Assembly: GCA_965261595.1 (NCBI GenBank)
Contig: CBDHDG010000005.1
Span: forward strand, 960,001-1,024,000
DNA length: 64,000 nucleotides
Reading direction: 5' to 3'
Source of the DNA: a bacterium
GTDB taxonomy: Bacteria; UBA8248; JACPRG01; G963555815
The notes under the pieces are model-generated. The model had not been told where the DNA came from, did not search any database, and saw only the letters and a list, made by a program, of their open reading frames with translations. Below, in pieces: positions 62,491 through 64,000 of the stretch. Position 1 is the stretch's first letter. Every line of letters starts with the position of its first letter. The position numbers and the translations under genes were made by a program.

Positions 62491-63216
62491 GTGAACAACG
62501 GCATCGAACACGATCGCATCCTTGTGATTGCGGCCCATCCGGACGACATCGACTTCACCATCGCCGGGTCGGTCGCCTTGTGTGCGAGGGCCGGAAAAAC
62601 CGTCGGTTATTGCATCGCGACAAGCGGGGACAAGGGTTTCGACGAAGACCTCCCGGTGGAAGAGCGGATGAGGATCCGGGAGGAGGAGCAGCGGGCCGCG
62701 GCCGCGGTGGTCGGCGTCGAGGAAGTGCACTTCCTCCGCGAGCCCGACGGCGAGTTGCGGAACACGCCCGGGCTGCGGCGGGCGATCGTGGCCGTCATCC
62801 GGAAATTTAAACCCGACGCGGTCGTTGTCACCGGAGACCCCGGCTCGACGGAATTCGAAAGCTTCTACAGGTCCCATCCCGATCATCGGGCCCTCTCCGA
62901 GGCGGCATACGATTCGGTCTATCCGGCGGTCGGGAACCGATTCTACTTCCCCGACTTGCTGGAGTTGGGCCTTGATCCACACAAAATCAAAGAAGTCCTT
63001 TTCTCCGGCTCTTCCAAGCCCGATTATTTTGTGGACATCGGCGAAACCTTCGACCTCAAAATAAAGGCGCTTCGCTGCCACAAGAGCCAGGTTTCGGGGA
63101 TGGACAACCTGGAAGATCGGATGCGGGATTGGGACCGCAGGACAGGGGAGCCCGAGGGCATGGCCATCGCCGAGTCCTTCCGGCGGATGGAACATCCCGA
63201 CGGCGGCGGGAAGTGA
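62491..63216 (+). CDS. PIG-L/LmbE-family N-acetyl-sugar deacetylase
   Basis: AAHPDDID, TSGDKG, R.EEQ, HPDH, HKSQ. Confidence 0.9.
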   Translation: MNNGIEHDRILVIAAHPDDIDFTIAGSVALCARAGKTVGYCIATSGDKGFDEDLPVEERMRIREEEQRAAAAVVGVEEVHFLREPDGELRNTPGLRRAIVAVIRKFKPDAVVVTGDPGSTEFESFYRSHPDHRALSEAAYDSVYPAVGNRFYFPDLLELGLDPHKIKEVLFSGSSKPDYFVDIGETFDLKIKALRCHKSQVSGMDNLEDRMRDWDRRTGEPEGMAIAESFRRMEHPDGGGK

Positions 63217-63250
63217 TCGCGCCCCCCTGGATCGTTCGGAGAAAGGCCCG

Positions 63251-63937
63251 ATGACCGGTGACGCCCTGGGCGCGACGCTCTTTCCGGACTATCCGAAGAT
63301 TCCCGGCTGGTACGCCCGGGAGGTCGAAGGCCTCACCGACGCCCAACTCGATTTCACCGATGAACGGGTGGAGTGGATGAAGTGGGGCGTTCGCCGGCAG
63401 TTGAGCCACGCGGCGTTCGTCCATTTCCACTGGCTGGTCAACCAGTGGGCCTCGCGGGTGTTCGGCCCGGACGATGAGATGCCGGACTTCGACGCCGAGG
63501 CCTGCGCGCGGCGGGACCGCCGGTTCGACGAAGAAACCCACCGGACCCCGGACCGCCTTCTGTTTCGGATGGAACAGGGGGTGAACCTGGTGAAGCTCAT
63601 CCTGGGCCGGGAAACCATCCGGGAGATGCGTGGCAAGGAATTGGACCGGGTGGCGCCGCCGGGGGCGCGCTATCCCTCTGGCGATTCGGTCCTTGATTTC
63701 TGGCGGGTCGCCGAGCGGATCAACCCCGATATCCGGGTGGACCCGAAAAACGAGAACCGATACCTGATCAATCTTGTCGGAATGATGAGGCAGATGTATT
63801 TCGAGTGCCTGATTCACCTCTACACCATTCAGCGGTTGAAACGGGCGCAGGGACTGGAAGCCGTGGCCGAGATCCCGAGGGAGGGGTACATGCTTCTTTC
63901 GGCCTTTACCGGGGCGGCGGAAGACGCGGCGGGGTGA
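63251..63937 (+). CDS. Hypothetical protein, possibly DinB-like
   Basis: GLTDAQLDF...W...QLSH...HLYTIQRLK spacing resembles DinB/YfiT His ligands. Confidence 0.5.
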   Translation: MTGDALGATLFPDYPKIPGWYAREVEGLTDAQLDFTDERVEWMKWGVRRQLSHAAFVHFHWLVNQWASRVFGPDDEMPDFDAEACARRDRRFDEETHRTPDRLLFRMEQGVNLVKLILGRETIREMRGKELDRVAPPGARYPSGDSVLDFWRVAERINPDIRVDPKNENRYLINLVGMMRQMYFECLIHLYTIQRLKRAQGLEAVAEIPREGYMLLSAFTGAAEDAAG

Positions 63938-64000
63938 ATCAGTGGCGGGAGGTTGAGCGATGAAAGTGAGACGACATATCGGGCGCTGGGCCGGCGTGCT

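Overview
GC-rich bacterial chromosomal window from a Gram-negative organism (bamD and lptD present). The gene order atpZ-atpI-atpB-atpE-rex-tsaB-DUF465-ilvB-ilvN-psd-pssA resembles Desulfobacterota/Nitrospinota-type genomes; this is inference only. Bases 1-35 kb are mostly core metabolism: mreB, plsY, pgsA, a sigma-70 factor, bamD, Fo ATP synthase genes followed by rex, two interleaved ilvB/ilvN pairs, psd/pssA, lptD, fba-fbp-pfkA, an RND pump, a lone Nmad3-like gene between AT-rich flanks, and oxidoreductases. About 36-57.3 kb is a decayed, nested mobile region. It holds two near-identical 1404-bp IS3-family copies with 4-bp target site duplications (TSDs), one in an alcohol dehydrogenase gene and one in an IS1380. 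It also holds two other IS3 elements plus an orphan IR, a possible IS66 remnant, a degenerate hsdM, hicAB, an Mrr-type nuclease, a mobC remnant, and a P4-type integrase whose 3' end occurs twice, which suggests a second element inserted into the integrase gene. A 21-bp tandem repeat array lies at the right edge. Bases 57.5-64 kb return to host genes. Several 1-bp frameshifts, mostly in short homopolymers, may be assembly errors. No rRNA, tRNA or CRISPR array was seen. All family assignments come from motif recognition by eye; no searches were run.
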